A stretch of DNA of 64,000 bases from Octopus sinensis (taxonomy: Eukaryota): positions 142,910,001-142,974,000 of the forward strand of contig NC_042998.1 in the NCBI RefSeq assembly GCF_006345805.1. The letters are read 5' to 3'. Made by a program: the position numbers and the translations under genes. The notes under the pieces were generated by a model. It did not search any database. It was not told the origin of the DNA and saw only the letters and a list, made by a program, of their open reading frames with translations. Below are positions 1 through 12,129 of this stretch, piece after piece. How positions within the stretch are numbered: the stretch's first letter is position 1; every line of letters begins with the position of its first letter.

Positions 1-495
1 TATTCATGTAAGAACTTATAAATTATAGTGGAGGTTTAGGATTAACTGTGAAAATAGATAAGACTCAGTTATGTACGTTAAGAAGCTAGTGGTTGAGAAC
101 AATAAACTAAATGGGAAAGTGGCTAGGAAGGTATGAAACGTTTTGGCATAGCTCTCTTCGACGCCGCTTATTTGGCGTCGCTGATTCGACGCTGACTTAT
201 TTGACATTAGATGTTTTAATGTTTCTTCCATTCTTTCCAGTTCCCTCTCCTTGTTAATGTTCGTCTATTTGTCTCTCTCTCCCACTCTCTCTTTTTATCT
301 CTCTTCCTCCCCCTCTCTGTTTATTTTTGTGTCAGTCGTGTTCTATTAATATATTGCAATCTCTCCCTCTCCCCATTTCTCCTCCTCTCCGCCCACTCCC
401 TCTATCTGTATGTGTATATTTGCTAAATCGTCTTTGCGAGCCTCTTCGGGGGTGTCAAATTGCAACTACACCGCGCCTGTATACATACATGTGTG

Positions 496-497
496 TA

Positions 498-536
<39 letters not shown>

Positions 537-566
537 TGTGTGTGTCTGTGTGTGTGTGTGTGTGTC
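496..566. repeat. (GT)n microsatellite
   Basis: Direct dinucleotide run. Confidence 0.95.
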
Positions 567-927
567 ACAAACTGCTGCAAGTTGTTTGTAGAGTATGTGC
601 ATAACTGGAGTTTGGACCGTCTAGTTTGTATTGGCTTCGAGTTTTATAAGCTGTAATAATGAAATCAAACCAAATAGTGATATTTTGAAATCATTTAATA
701 CGTACGTTTCATGTGTGCGTAATAAATAAATGATAGGCAATGTGTCCGTTACATAAAACCTTCCTCTACCATTGATGCGACTCGATCCTAGTAGAAAGTA
801 GCCGTTCCAGACTCCAATTATGTGGATACTCTAACAACGATTTGGAGTGGTTTATTATATTCAACTCGAGTTGAACCCAATGGAACCATGTAATGCTTCT
901 AAGCGAAACATGAAATTCCTCTCTCTG

Positions 928-965
928 TATATATATACATACATATATATATATATACATACATA

Positions 966-1055
<90 letters not shown>
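928..1055. repeat. (AT)n microsatellite
   Basis: Direct dinucleotide run. Confidence 0.95.
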
Positions 1056-1056
<1 letters not shown>

Positions 1057-1110
1057 TCCGTGTGGGCAGTCATCTAAAAGTTTTTGTTCGTCATGATGCT
1101 GACATAAGTT

Positions 1111-1204
1111 CCTTGTCTTTCCTGATGAGAAGACGGCATAATGCACCCTTTATTCCTTCGGAATTAAGAATATGCAATCTTCGAAACATATGTCGAGTAT
1201 AAAG
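1111..1204 (+). ncRNA. Type I hammerhead ribozyme motif (PLE pseudo-LTR type)
   Basis: CTGATGA at 1122-1128; helix II GAAGA (1129-1133)/TCTTC (1178-1182) extended by GCATA/TATGC; GAAA at 1183-1186; palindromic helix III ACATATGT (1186-1193); GUC cleavage triplet ending 1194; short interrupted helix I. Confidence 0.7.
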
Positions 1205-1562
1205 GAATTTTGTTAAATCGTCGTTCGACTCCATTCTTTCATTTATCTATAGTAAAAAAACACACAAATTTCCACACGAAAGCACGTGATTTCTGCCCTT
1301 GGCATGTAGCTTCAACCGTGCTTTCTGACATAAATTTGCTACCAGGGTATCGGTTAACCGAATTATCCATACTAGGATAATTCATTCAACTACTTAAACA
1401 TATATATATATATATATACATACATACTTGCATATATATATATATATTATATATATATATATGTAAATACTCACACACTCTCTCTCCCTCACACACACAC
1501 ATATGTATGTGATGTATGTGTGTGTGTGTGTTGATATTTGTATATAGATCAGTTAAAATCCT

Positions 1563-1768
1563 TTCTACACTTGGTAGAAGACCGGAAATTTGTGAGGAAG
1601 GAGATAGTCGATAACATCGACTCCAGTACTTGACTGGTACTTAATTTATCCAACCCAAAAGGATGAAAGGTACAGTCAATCTAGGCGGAATTTGAACTCA
1701 GAACGTAATGATGGACGAAATGCCGCTAAGCATTTTGCCCGGTGAGCTAACGATTCTGCCAGTTCGCC
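1563..1768 (-). mobile_element. tRNA-derived SINE, family C (head GGCGAGCTGGCAGAATCGTTAGC)
   Basis: Reverse complement matches the family seen about ten times in the window; B-box-like GAGTTCAAATTCC. Confidence 0.8.
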
Positions 1769-2132
1769 GACTTTCGGTCAGTTATAATTAAAAAAAAACA
1801 AGAATTACACAATATTTTTTGTACAGTATTTTTTTTTTTACAAGAACTGTATGGACAGGGATTTCGAAGTTTCGACTTGCTAGCCTTCATCGGCTTAGCA
1901 GGCCAAAATCACTGTCAATGCTATTTTTGTTAAAGAATAATGTGTGTGTGTGTGTGCGCGCGTGTGTAATGATATGATTTATAGAAAAAACTTAAAATTA
2001 AACATGTCAGCCGAGCGTATGATGAACTGTTCAAAGTCTACACCCAACAATAATAAATTACGACAAAAATACCCCAAGAGATTGGTCTGAAAAGAGAAGG
2101 GTCCATGTGTCTTTATGCATATTTGGTAAACA

Positions 2133-2134
<2 letters not shown>

Positions 2135-2214
<80 letters not shown>

Positions 2215-2235
2215 CGTGCGTCCGTGCGTGTGTGT
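2135..2235. repeat. (GT)n/(GCGT)n microsatellite
   Basis: Direct repeat run. Confidence 0.95.
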
Positions 2236-2459
2236 ACACAAACAGACAGAAAGATTTTAATGTATGCATTTCTGTTGATGCAGATGATAAAAACGATAAT
2301 GGCGACGACGACAACGACAACGATGACGACGAGGCAAACAATTATGATGTTGATGGTGATTGCGTTGCTGTTGGTGTTGCTACTGCTTGTAATAATGAAA
2401 ATGACTACGATAAAATATATTTTTATATTATATAAATAAAATATAAACCCTAACTCATC

Positions 2460-2532
2460 TATATGATATGATATGAGATGATATGATATGAAATGAGATG
2501 AGATGAGATGATATAAGATGAGATGAGATGAT
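2460..2532. repeat. (ATGAG/ATATG)n pentanucleotide repeat
   Basis: Direct run of 5-mers. Confidence 0.9.
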
Positions 2533-2567
2533 ATATATATATATGTATGTATGTATATATGTGTGTG

Positions 2568-2610
<43 letters not shown>

Positions 2611-2719
2611 ATATATATGCATACATATATATAAACGGAGAAAAACGACAAGAAAAAACAACGCGTGGATGTGGTACATGCAAAGTATTAATAAGACGCT
2701 CAGAGAAGGAAAGAACGGG

Positions 2720-2756
2720 TGTTTTACTTTTCGAGCAAAGCTCTTCTTTAGAAACA
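2720..2756 (-). ncRNA. Degenerate minimal hammerhead motif in PLE-type terminal repeat
   Basis: Minus strand reads TGTTT-CTAAAGAA-GAGC-TTT-GCTC-GAAAA-GTA-AAACA. Helices I and II are intact, two core positions are mutated, and flanks resemble the copies at 6847, 10768, 17047 and 59251. Confidence 0.5.
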
Positions 2757-3084
2757 GGAAGCAGAGGAAAATCCAAGAGAAAAGGAAGACGGAGGGAAAA
2801 AATTGTCAACAGTCCACATGGTTACATTTTATGTGGTATGGCTTCAACATGTAGAATAGCATCAGATTAGCTAGGAGAGTAATGATACTGTTATAATAAG
2901 AACCAAAAGTCGTGTGAAATACAGCTATCTACAGTTTCCCGGCCAGACATTAATTTATTTCGCCATTTTTCAAGCTGAAAACAAGACCGTTTCTCAGATG
3001 CTTTTTGATCAGATGACGTTTGAACAACGAACGCTCATAAAGAAGACATAAAGAAAAAAACACAAGGGCAATAACCAATGTTAT

Positions 3085-3420
3085 GATAAACAAATGTGAA
3101 AAAGATGTAAGCAAGATATTAATAGTTTACGATGCATCTGGTGGCCTATTTTTAAATTCCGCCAAGATGTATTTCTTAAAATGCGAACATGGAGAAAAAT
3201 CTCGTTCCTGTAATTTACGTAATTGCTGGAGGCTCTCAAGTTCTTTAAGAGATGTAGATTTTCAAGAGAACATATTGAACATCTTTTGGACCCTTTGATA
3301 TAGGGTCTGGTTTTAGAAAGTATTTTCCATTTGATATTTTTTTGCCCCTTCATCTTTAAGTTTCCAGATTAGAGCCTTTCGGCTTTAACCTGGAAACAAA
3401 TGACCTCTCATTTGAATTTC
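3085..3420 (-). mobile_element. Penelope-like element, GIY-YIG endonuclease C-terminal remnant
   Basis: IWKLKDEGQKNIKWKILSKTRPYIKGSKRCSICSLE...EIFSPCSHF (with frameshifts); same motif as 23536-23769, 40116-40352 and 41564-41800. Confidence 0.75.
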
Positions 3421-3655
3421 TAGTTAGCAAACATTGCATGTACGAATATCTCAACAACTTTATTTGCTATTTGTGTGTGGTATAAGCCTATCTTTGCTTT
3501 TGTCTTACACATTTATTATCAGTAATAGTGTGCTCTTTCTTCATGTTTCTTTAACACTAATATTTTGTTTTAAGCCTGTTTCAATAACTGACAATGCTTT
3601 GTGTTATAACCTTTTCGGTAACAGGATTCGCTCTTATTATTACAGCCCATGTTAA

Positions 3656-3866
3656 GGTGATGAGCTGGCAGAATCGTTAGCACGCCGAGCTAAATGCTTA
3701 GCGGTATTTCATCCCTCTTTACGTTCCGGGTTCAAATTTAGCCGAGGTCAACTTTGCTTTTCATCCTTACGGGGTCGATAAAATAAGTACCAATTGAACA
3801 CTGGGATCGATGTCATCGGCTTAACCCTCCCCCGAAATAGTTGACCTTGTGCCAAAATTTGAAACC
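3656..3866 (+). mobile_element. tRNA-derived SINE, family C
   Basis: GAGCTGGCAGAATCGTTAGC head, GGTTCAAATT B-box, shared body. Confidence 0.85.
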
Positions 3867-5312
3867 ATCGTTACTGCTCAAGTCTCGTCTTTTTTTTTTT
3901 TCAATTAATATTCTTCATTTTTTTTAATGTTAAATGCACGTTCTGTTAGCTGCCCAGCAATATTTCATCTTCTGGCGGCTGCCTGCTTTAAATTTAACAT
4001 TTTCAGCTGCTGCATACTTTGCCGGAGTTCTACTGAAAATGAATATGCCATTGTTTTAACAACGGTAAATTATACTTTTAATATTTTTTCTTTTCAACAT
4101 AAGTAATACTAAGATTACATTGCTATTAAATATCTACACATCGGATTGTTTCTCATCCCCTTCATTTTGTATGTAACAATATTTGAATAAATAACAGCAT
4201 GTTTTATAGAAACAAACAAAACACATTTTTCGTTCGAATTTGCATCAAAATGGCGACAATAATGTGAATGAGAAAGGCTTAATTTTTAAAGTAGATACAA
4301 TAACGGTGTTTATGATGAGACTGTTAAGTAACGAATACAAGCTGTATTAAAGTGTGTGTATGTGCGCGCGCGCGCACTTGTGTATTAAAATTTATTGGCA
4401 GTGATTTATCAATGCGCGTTCTTTTAACATATTTGCATGTTATCTTATAGTTCTATTTTACATTTTCCACTGTTGACGTTCGAGCTTCTTTCAAGCTGCA
4501 TGTCTTGTCAGCATTCTCCCCACATATTTGCCATAGGGCAATCGTTCGATAACCGTACACAACCGAAAGTATTTCTTCGGCAATTTTCGTAAAAAATGTA
4601 TTTCCTTTAATTTTTTTTCAGCTGAATCGCTTACATTTATGTATTTTGTGTGTGTGTGTTATGTTTACGTGTGTATGTATGTCTATTTGTAAATTCTGTA
4701 TATGTATGTGTAATTGTGAATTCCTTCTTTCTTGAGCTTCCAATAATACTATATTTTTTCCACGTCCTCGCGTTGAGTTTTTTTCTGCTTTCATGTTTGG
4801 ATTAACTTTATATACACAAATATACATAGAGGCACATAAACACGTACTTATATTTACATACATATAAACACATACATATACACACGAACGGAATATACAT
4901 GAACATTAGCGATTCAACTGAAAAACAAAATTAAAAATATACACATACGTACACAAATACACATACATGCGCATAAACACATACATATAACATACAAGCA
5001 AAAATATACATACATGCATGCATGCAAACATGCATACATACATACATACATACATACATACATACATACATACATACATACATAATATTAAAAATATATA
5101 AACATAAACGATTCAGCTGGAAAAAAATTAAAGAAATAAAAATAAGTTTTACGGAAATTGTCGAATAATTTCTTTTACTTTTCTTCTACGGTTACCGAAA
5201 GATTGCTGCTATATGTATACTTATGCGTATACACTATAGGAATATATGATACAGTGATACCAAATCAACATAAAATGTGCTATCTTAAAGGTAGCGTGTT
5301 CGCACTTGTATT

Positions 5313-5360
<48 letters not shown>

Positions 5361-6013
5361 GAGAGGGGGGAGAAAGAGAAAGAGAAGCGAGCGATAGCAT
5401 TCACCGAAATACGTACACATAGACGTAAAAACATTGGTGCATATGTACGTGACTGCGTGACTGTTTTTGTTTGTGTGTGTGTGTGCGTGCTTGCGTGCGT
5501 GCGTATGTATGTCTGTGTGCGTGTGTACGTGTGTGTGTGTGTGAATGTGTGTATGTGTGGTGCGTATTTACAAGCTTGCAAAATGGGAGGGAAATATTAC
5601 TTAAATGAGGTGGGAGGAGGAGAAGGTATTGCGCCTTAGAGAACGAGAAGGAGAAAAGTGGAAGCAGGTTGCAGTGTTTACAATGGAAGTCGGAGGCACG
5701 CCGCCAGGGAGGCGAGTGTGGAGGCTGTTGGCGAGAAAGGGAAAAGCGCGCGTGTGTGACAGAGAAAGAGAGGGAGAAAGAGAGAGAATAATGGAGTTAT
5801 ATATTAGGGAACAGGAGATAATGTTAATGGAGTAAAAAAGAAAACGGTTAAAAAAACATTCAGTACATATATATTTATATATATAAACGGGGGGGGGTAC
5901 GTATGTGTATACATGCTCTCCCTCTCCCTCTCTCTCTTATTTGTCTGTCTGTCTCTCTTCTCGCTCATTTATAATGTGTGAATATACCCGTACGTAGAGA
6001 TGTGTATGGTTGC

Positions 6014-6055
<42 letters not shown>

Positions 6056-6149
6056 GTGTGTGTGTGTGTGTGTTTAAGTGAGTAGGTACGCGGGCATATG
6101 TGAATATATGTGTATCTGTATACACAGACACACATACATACACAATCAT

Positions 6150-6325
6150 ATTTAATTCTTTATTGCCCACAAGGGCTAAACATAGAGGGAACAAACAAGG
6201 ACAGAAAATGGATTAAGTCGATTACATCGACCTCAGTGCGTAACTGGTACTTATTTAATCGACTCCGAAAGTACGAAAGGCAAAGGTAACCTCGGAGGAA
6301 TTTGAACTCAGAACGTAGCGGCAGT
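6150..6325 (-). mobile_element. SINE family C variant (5'-truncated)
   Basis: Reverse complement of the element at 43205-43420. Confidence 0.75.
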
Positions 6326-6571
6326 GGAGCCGTGAAAACTTCACGGAAAGTATAAAAGATGTAAGCATCTGTAAATTATGTGCTGGTGCCATGTGAAACG
6401 TTTCTCTATTGTGACAGTTAGAGGATATAGAAAGAAGTGTAAAACCGATATATCTATATATCTAAGTTACACAAACGTAAACATAATTACTATTTAGACT
6501 TAAAATACGTCGTACATATTCAAAGAAACTTATTTGTTTAGGGGCACGGAACGTTCTTCTTTTATTCTTTT

Positions 6572-6760
6572 GCTTATTTCTGTCATTTGACGGTGAACAT
6601 GTTGGAACACGGCCCTTTACTCGAAGAAATTATTCCCTGTAAGCCTGGTGTTTCTTCTATCAGTCTCTTCTACCGAACAACTAAGTTACGGGGACGAAAA
6701 CACACCAGCATCGGTTGTCAAGCGATAGTAGGGGGGACAAACAAACACACACACACATAT
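6572..6760 (-). mobile_element. 3' module of the bipartite SINE (family A/B)
   Basis: Matches the CTAAGTTACGGGGACGTAAACACACCAGCATCGGTTGTCAAGCG module of the full copies. Confidence 0.75.
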
Positions 6761-6846
6761 ATAGTTGAAATTTACAGAAAAACAAAAGATAAGTGTATAA
6801 ACAACAAGCAGGTATATTAGTCTGACGCTCGAGATGCTGAGAAAGT

Positions 6847-6882
6847 CTTTTACGTTTCGAGCCTACGCTCTTCAACAGAAAG
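6847..6882 (-). ncRNA. Minimal hammerhead-like motif (CUGUUGAA core variant)
   Basis: Minus strand reads CTTT-CTGTTGAA-GAGC-GTAG-GCTC-GAAAC-GTA-AAAG; lies downstream of the GIY-YIG ORF at 7169-7597. Confidence 0.6.
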
Positions 6883-7168
6883 GAACGCGAGAAATAAACA
6901 GAGAGAGAATAAAGAAAAAAACTTTTAGAGTTAGCGGTCAATCATGGCGACTGGTTGGACAAAAGTAGTTAGACAGGAGAGCTAGGAAGAAGGGTAGATA
7001 ATAAAGTAGTAGTGATCGCAAAACGAAGGTGTGTGTCCGCGTGTGTATGTGCGAGTGTGCGTGTGGATATGCACTGGTGACTTTGACGTGTGGATGTGTG
7101 CGTGTGTGTGTACGTCTGTAATGTATAGGTGCGTGGATGATGATATGGGTGTTGGGAAGTAGTCAGCG

Positions 7169-7600
7169 CTAGTGTATGCGGAGTGGTGTGGTGATGTGTG
7201 ATATGGTGTGGCGGCGTTGGTGTGTGGGAATGTGAGGGTGGGTGTGGGTTTGGGGTGAGGATGTGGGTGTAGGGTGGGTGGGTGGGGTGGTGGATAGAGT
7301 GGGTATCACGAAGGGAGAAGGTAGGTAAGAGTGAAGAGAGGAGTTGAGCCCATGTGGAGCAAAGGAGCGAAGAGAGAAGATTAATCCTTGTTCACGGCGA
7401 AGGCGGGAGTCCGGATGGCGCCTGTGCAAAGACAGTCCGAACACAGATAGGTGTTGTAATGAATGACCGGTAGAGCGGAAATAGCACAAGACTAGGGTGT
7501 CATTGCCGTGTCTAATGTCTCGAAGGTGTTCCGCGAATCGGTCATCCAAGCTGTGTCCCGTTTGACTGATGTACAGAGAAGGGCAGGGAAAGAGCAAGAG
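7169..7600 (-). mobile_element. Penelope-like element, GIY-YIG endonuclease C-terminal half
   Basis: CPSLYISQTGHSLDDRFAEHLRDIR...HSLQHLSVFGL...RLRREQGLIFSLRSFAPHGLN: YIG/R/H/E/GLN motif order of PLE endonucleases. Confidence 0.85.
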
Positions 7601-8180
7601 ATGCAGTAAATGACGTTGCTATATACATATATGACGGGCTTCTTTCAGTTTTCGTCTATGAAATCCACTCACTCGGTCGGCTCGAGGCTATAGTAAAAGA
7701 CACTTTTAAAGTATAGAGTTGAATTTCGTGTAGCCACCTGTTAGCAACTTTTCTCCCCTACCCACTTTGTAGGGGGTATTACCCATTTTTCTGGGCTCTC
7801 TTTACAGCTATATCCCGCGAAGGGAGTGGGGCTTTGTTTGTAGTTTGTTGAGCAAACGTTAAACGTGCCTGAAAAAAAAAATGATGGTCTTTCCCCCACA
7901 ACTAAAAGACATTAAAAACTATGAAAGAAAGCGAATGAGTACCGTGGGTGGGGGAGAGAACAGAGAACTAACAATCGATCATTCTAGAACTCCCAGAATA
8001 AAAACGTAAACACCTGAAAGACTTTCCCTCTACTCATTACTAAATATCTTTCCCTCTTCTTCATTGTTAAAAGTAAAAAAGCTAGAAAAGATCGATCGAA
8101 ATTGTCATTTTAAATGACTGATGTTTTCCTTTCTCGGTCTCTATCGCTTCACTCCTTTTCTGTACGGTTAAGAGAGTTAA

Positions 8181-8358
8181 GGTGCGTGGCCTAGTTGTTA
8201 GAGGTATTCGACCCACGATCGTATGGTCATGAGTGCGATTCCTGGCGGCACGCTGTGTAATTGAAAGGGGCCAGTCTTGTCATATTCTGTGTGAGGCTGA
8301 ATCTCCTTGAGAATTACGTTAATGGTATGCATGTCTGTGGAGTACTCAGCCACTTGCG
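8181..8358 (+). mobile_element. Degenerate tRNA-headed SINE (internally deleted)
   Basis: GGTGCGTGGCCTAGTTGTTAG A-box-like and GTGCGATTCC B-box-like head followed by a non-tRNA body. Confidence 0.6.
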
Positions 8359-8816
8359 AATTTATTTTATCCTCGTGTGGTAATGAAAAGTGAAAGTGAC
8401 AGCCAATATTTGCTGTAGTTATTTGTCTTTGATTCAACAGTGTGTCTATGTATCTATATATCAACTTTTCCTTTGATCTATGTATCTACTGTCTCTCTCA
8501 CTTTCTCTCTTTTTCTCTCATTTCTTCTGTGTCCCACCTCTCTCCCGGTTTTAATTTAACAATGTGTGCATGCATCTATATATCTAATATTCTTTCGATC
8601 TGTGTATCTACTTGTCTTTTGATCTATGTATCTACTTTTCTTTCGATGTATGATTCAGTCTACTCTGAAAATACCGATAAACATTTTACCTCTCCCTTCA
8701 ATTGTAGAAAAGTAACAATAACATCCACAGCTATTTGCTGAGACAGAGACAGACAGAAGGAGAGAGAGTGTGTGTGTTAGAGAGAGAGGCAGACAGAGTT
8801 ACTGTCAGACAGACAG

Positions 8817-8984
<168 letters not shown>

Positions 8985-9706
8985 GTAACATTTGTTTTTT
9001 GCAATTTCCATATCATAAAGCTTTAACATATATCGTCAAAAACGAAAAGTTTTCCAGTGTGTCCTGTAAGGGAATGGTTCCATTCTCTTTCACTATTATT
9101 TTCTATCCACTCCCTTCCTTTACTCAATCTTTCTCTCTAAATCTCTCTCTTTTCCCCTCCTCCCCGCTCACTCTCTATGTCTCCTTGCCTCTAACTGTCC
9201 TCCTGCATTTAACACGTTATATTTCTTTTACCTCTCAGAGCTATCAACCCCCCTCTCTCTCTTCCTCACTCCCTCTTACTTCCCCCTCTTTGCCGCTTTG
9301 CCTCCCCTACTTCTGTCTCTTCCCTCTCTTCCGTTTTGCCACTCACTTCAACTATACCTCCTCTGCTTAACACCTATATTTCTCTTTTTCTTAGTATCTC
9401 CCTTCAACCTTTTTATCTCTTCCTTTGAAGTGTGACACACACTACAGGTACGTACGCACAAAAACAAAAAAGTTGGCATATTAATACTATTGATTTTCTA
9501 CAGATCCTTGGGGTAAAAAATTTGAAATATATATTTTAGTAAACACCATTTTTAGATTCGCTGTCCAAAGTTAAAAAACAAATTATGTCACAAGTTTTAG
9601 AACTCTATGGACAGCGAAAAAGGTATCGACCGACTATGATCCAATTTTATTAGGCCTTAACCAGAAAAAAATACCCGTCATCTGTTCATGGGTAGCTATT
9701 TGCAGT

Positions 9707-10067
9707 AAACACACGCACGCGTTCAATATCACATTATGGTTAGTCAATTGGTTAAATATCCAACCAACTAACTAATCGATCGTTTGTTAAATGTATTTGC
9801 TAAGGAATCAATCGGTTTGCTTGTCAACGTTATTTCGTCACTATTCATAACCTCATCGATGACATGCCTCCTCTCTTCAAGATCTGCTTTGAATCTGTCT
9901 CAAGGCAAACCTTGAAGAGAGGAGGTGAATGGCGACGAAAGGATTCTGACAAACAAACAGCCTATTGATTCTTTAACCAACACATTGAACAAACGATTGA
10001 TTAGTTAGCTGGTGAGATATTTAACCGATTGACTAACAATAAAGTGTTACTGAACCAGTGTGTGTTT
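9707..10067. repeat. Imperfect fold-back (long inverted repeat), probable MITE/foldback remnant
   Basis: About 9707-9848 matches the reverse complement of about 9925-10067 at roughly 80% by eye; inner perfect 15-bp pair CCTCCTCTCTTCAAG (9867-9881)/CTTGAAGAGAGGAGG (9911-9925). Confidence 0.8.
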
Positions 10068-10252
10068 GTCCCTCCACCATCGCTTGACAACCGATGTTAG
10101 CGTGTTTACGTCCCCGTAACTTAGCGTTTCGATTAAAGAGCCGATAGAATGAATACTAGGTTTACAAAGAATAAGTCCTGAGATTGATTTGTTCGACTAA
10201 AGGCGGTACTCCAGCATGGCCGCAGTCAAATGACTGAAGCAAGTAAAAGAGT
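10063..10252 (+). mobile_element. 3' module of bipartite SINE
   Basis: TGTTTGTCCC...CAAATGACTGAAGCAAGTAAAAGA. Confidence 0.85.
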
Positions 10253-10476
10253 ATTATAAAAATATAACTAATTTATTGCAAATAAACTTCAACAACAAAA
10301 TCTTTCATGGACCCCCAAGAGTTGTGTGGCTCCGGTTGAAGACCAGTTGTTTATAGTATCTATACAAAAAAATAAAGAAAAGGAAAACTAGGACTCAGTG
10401 TTTGCTCTGGGAAACGTGAATTAGTCATTTTATTGTACACTATCTCTTAATCTGAAATGTAAGGTAGCTTTTAACT

Positions 10477-10660
10477 TTTACTTGTTTCAGTCTTTGGACT
10501 GCGGTTTCAATCTTTGGATTCGAACAAATCAATCGTAGTACTTAGTAGTTTTTAAAAGTCCGATACTTATTGCATTGGTCCCTTCCCCGCCGATCCGTTT
10601 AGTTACGGGACGTAAACAAACCAACATCGGTTGTCAGGTGGTGGTGGGGACAAACACAAG
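10477..10660 (-). mobile_element. 3' module of bipartite SINE (degenerate)
   Basis: Reverse complement of the same module. Confidence 0.7.
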
Positions 10661-10767
10661 CACAAAGACACACATGTATAAATACATATTCTTACATCCA
10701 TACATCCATACATAAACACACACTCACGCGCGCACGCACATATTCTCTCTGTTAATTTTCTCGTATT

Positions 10768-10805
10768 CCATTCTGTTGAAGAGCGTTGGCTCGAAACGTA
10801 AAAGG
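10768..10805 (+). ncRNA. Minimal hammerhead-like motif (CUGUUGAA core variant)
   Basis: CCATT-CTGTTGAA-GAGC-GTTG-GCTC-GAAAC-GTA-AAAGG. Confidence 0.55.
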
Positions 10806-11218
10806 CTTTCTCACCAAAAGAACGCAAGGTGATCTAACGCTGCCACCAGCTCGTCGCTATATGCTTAAACTCGTCATATTTTCAAAATTAATTGAAAGGA
10901 AGGCAGTGTGTTTCAACAAAAATATAGTTGACAAAGGGTTAATATAAAACACAGCAATATCATGCAAGTATAATCTGATATCTTGTAGCATGCTTTCGCT
11001 AATTGTCATTTATTCATTGAGAAGAGGGAATAACGTCCAAACGTTAGTGGCGCACTTTTCCCTTAAATTTAAGCATTAAGTCAATTTAATTGTATTGCAT
11101 TCTCCCATGCATTCTTTCTCATTTTTAATCAGTTTTTAGGGGTCTGAGTGCTTTTTCCCTTGTTTGTAACTCTCGCGCGCGCACACATATATATGAAGTG
11201 ATGTATATTCTTATGTCA

Positions 11219-11277
<59 letters not shown>

Positions 11278-11302
11278 TATATATAAATGCATATATATAC
11301 AT

Positions 11303-11373
<71 letters not shown>

Positions 11374-11375
11374 AA

Positions 11376-11786
11376 GGCGCAGGCGTGGCTATGTGGTAAG
11401 AAGCTTGCTTACCAACCAAAATGGTTCCGGGTTCAGTCTCACTGCATGGCACCTTGGGAAAATGTCTTCTACTATAGCCTCGGGTCGACCAATGCCTTGT
11501 GAGTGGATCTGGTACACGGAAGCTGAATGGACCCCGTTTTATATATAAATATATATGTGTGTGTGTGTGTGTATTTGTGCGTTTGTGTTTGTGTTTTTCC
11601 CCCCAATATCGCCTGACAACCGATATTGTCGTGTAACTTAGCGGTTGACAAAAGAGAGCGATCGAATAAGTACAAGGCTTACAAAGAATAGATCCTGGGG
11701 TCAATTTGTTCGACAAAAACCCCTAAAGGTGATGCTCCAGTATGGCCGCAGTCAAATGACTGAAACTAATTAAAGAATAAAAGAAT
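11376..11786 (+). mobile_element. Full bipartite SINE (tRNA-like head, CORE-like segment, internal microsatellite, 3' module)
   Basis: GGCGTGGCTATGTGGTAAG A-box, GGTTCAGTC B-box-like, GCACCTTGGGAAAATGTCTT CORE-like segment, (AT/GT)n spacer, then the shared 3' module. Confidence 0.85.
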
Positions 11787-12129
11787 ATATATATATATGC
11801 ATTTTGTATTTGGTTTGCAAGATTCTTTATGTGAAATTGTGTGCTGAAGCATATTTTATTGTGTCTGGGGAAAGTCATTCTCTTTTAGTGCCTAATTAAT
11901 TTAATACACACTCACCGGTCGATTTCCACTCACTTATTATCATATCTATAAAAGGCATGATGTGTGTGTACGTGATTGTAATTTATGCACATCCACAAAT
12001 TAGCCCGCATGTCGCTCAAATTTTGGGATGACATTCGTCAACATCCTATCTGCGTTTTGTCAATTTATTTTTTTCCCGGGGCACCAGCGGATAGCGATAA
12101 AATTCTATTTTCAGCCATAGCTTTTAGCC

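Noticed and set aside
327-2870. Many 60-200 aa ORFs ([12 protein letters not shown])
   Set aside because: Translations of dinucleotide and pentanucleotide microsatellites; the same applies to similar ORFs throughout the window.
4007-4064. Possible 58-nt exon (TTTCAG...G|GTAAAT; CCILCRSSTENEYAIVLTT)
   Set aside because: Splice-like sites are common in AT-rich DNA; no recognisable protein and no partner exons.
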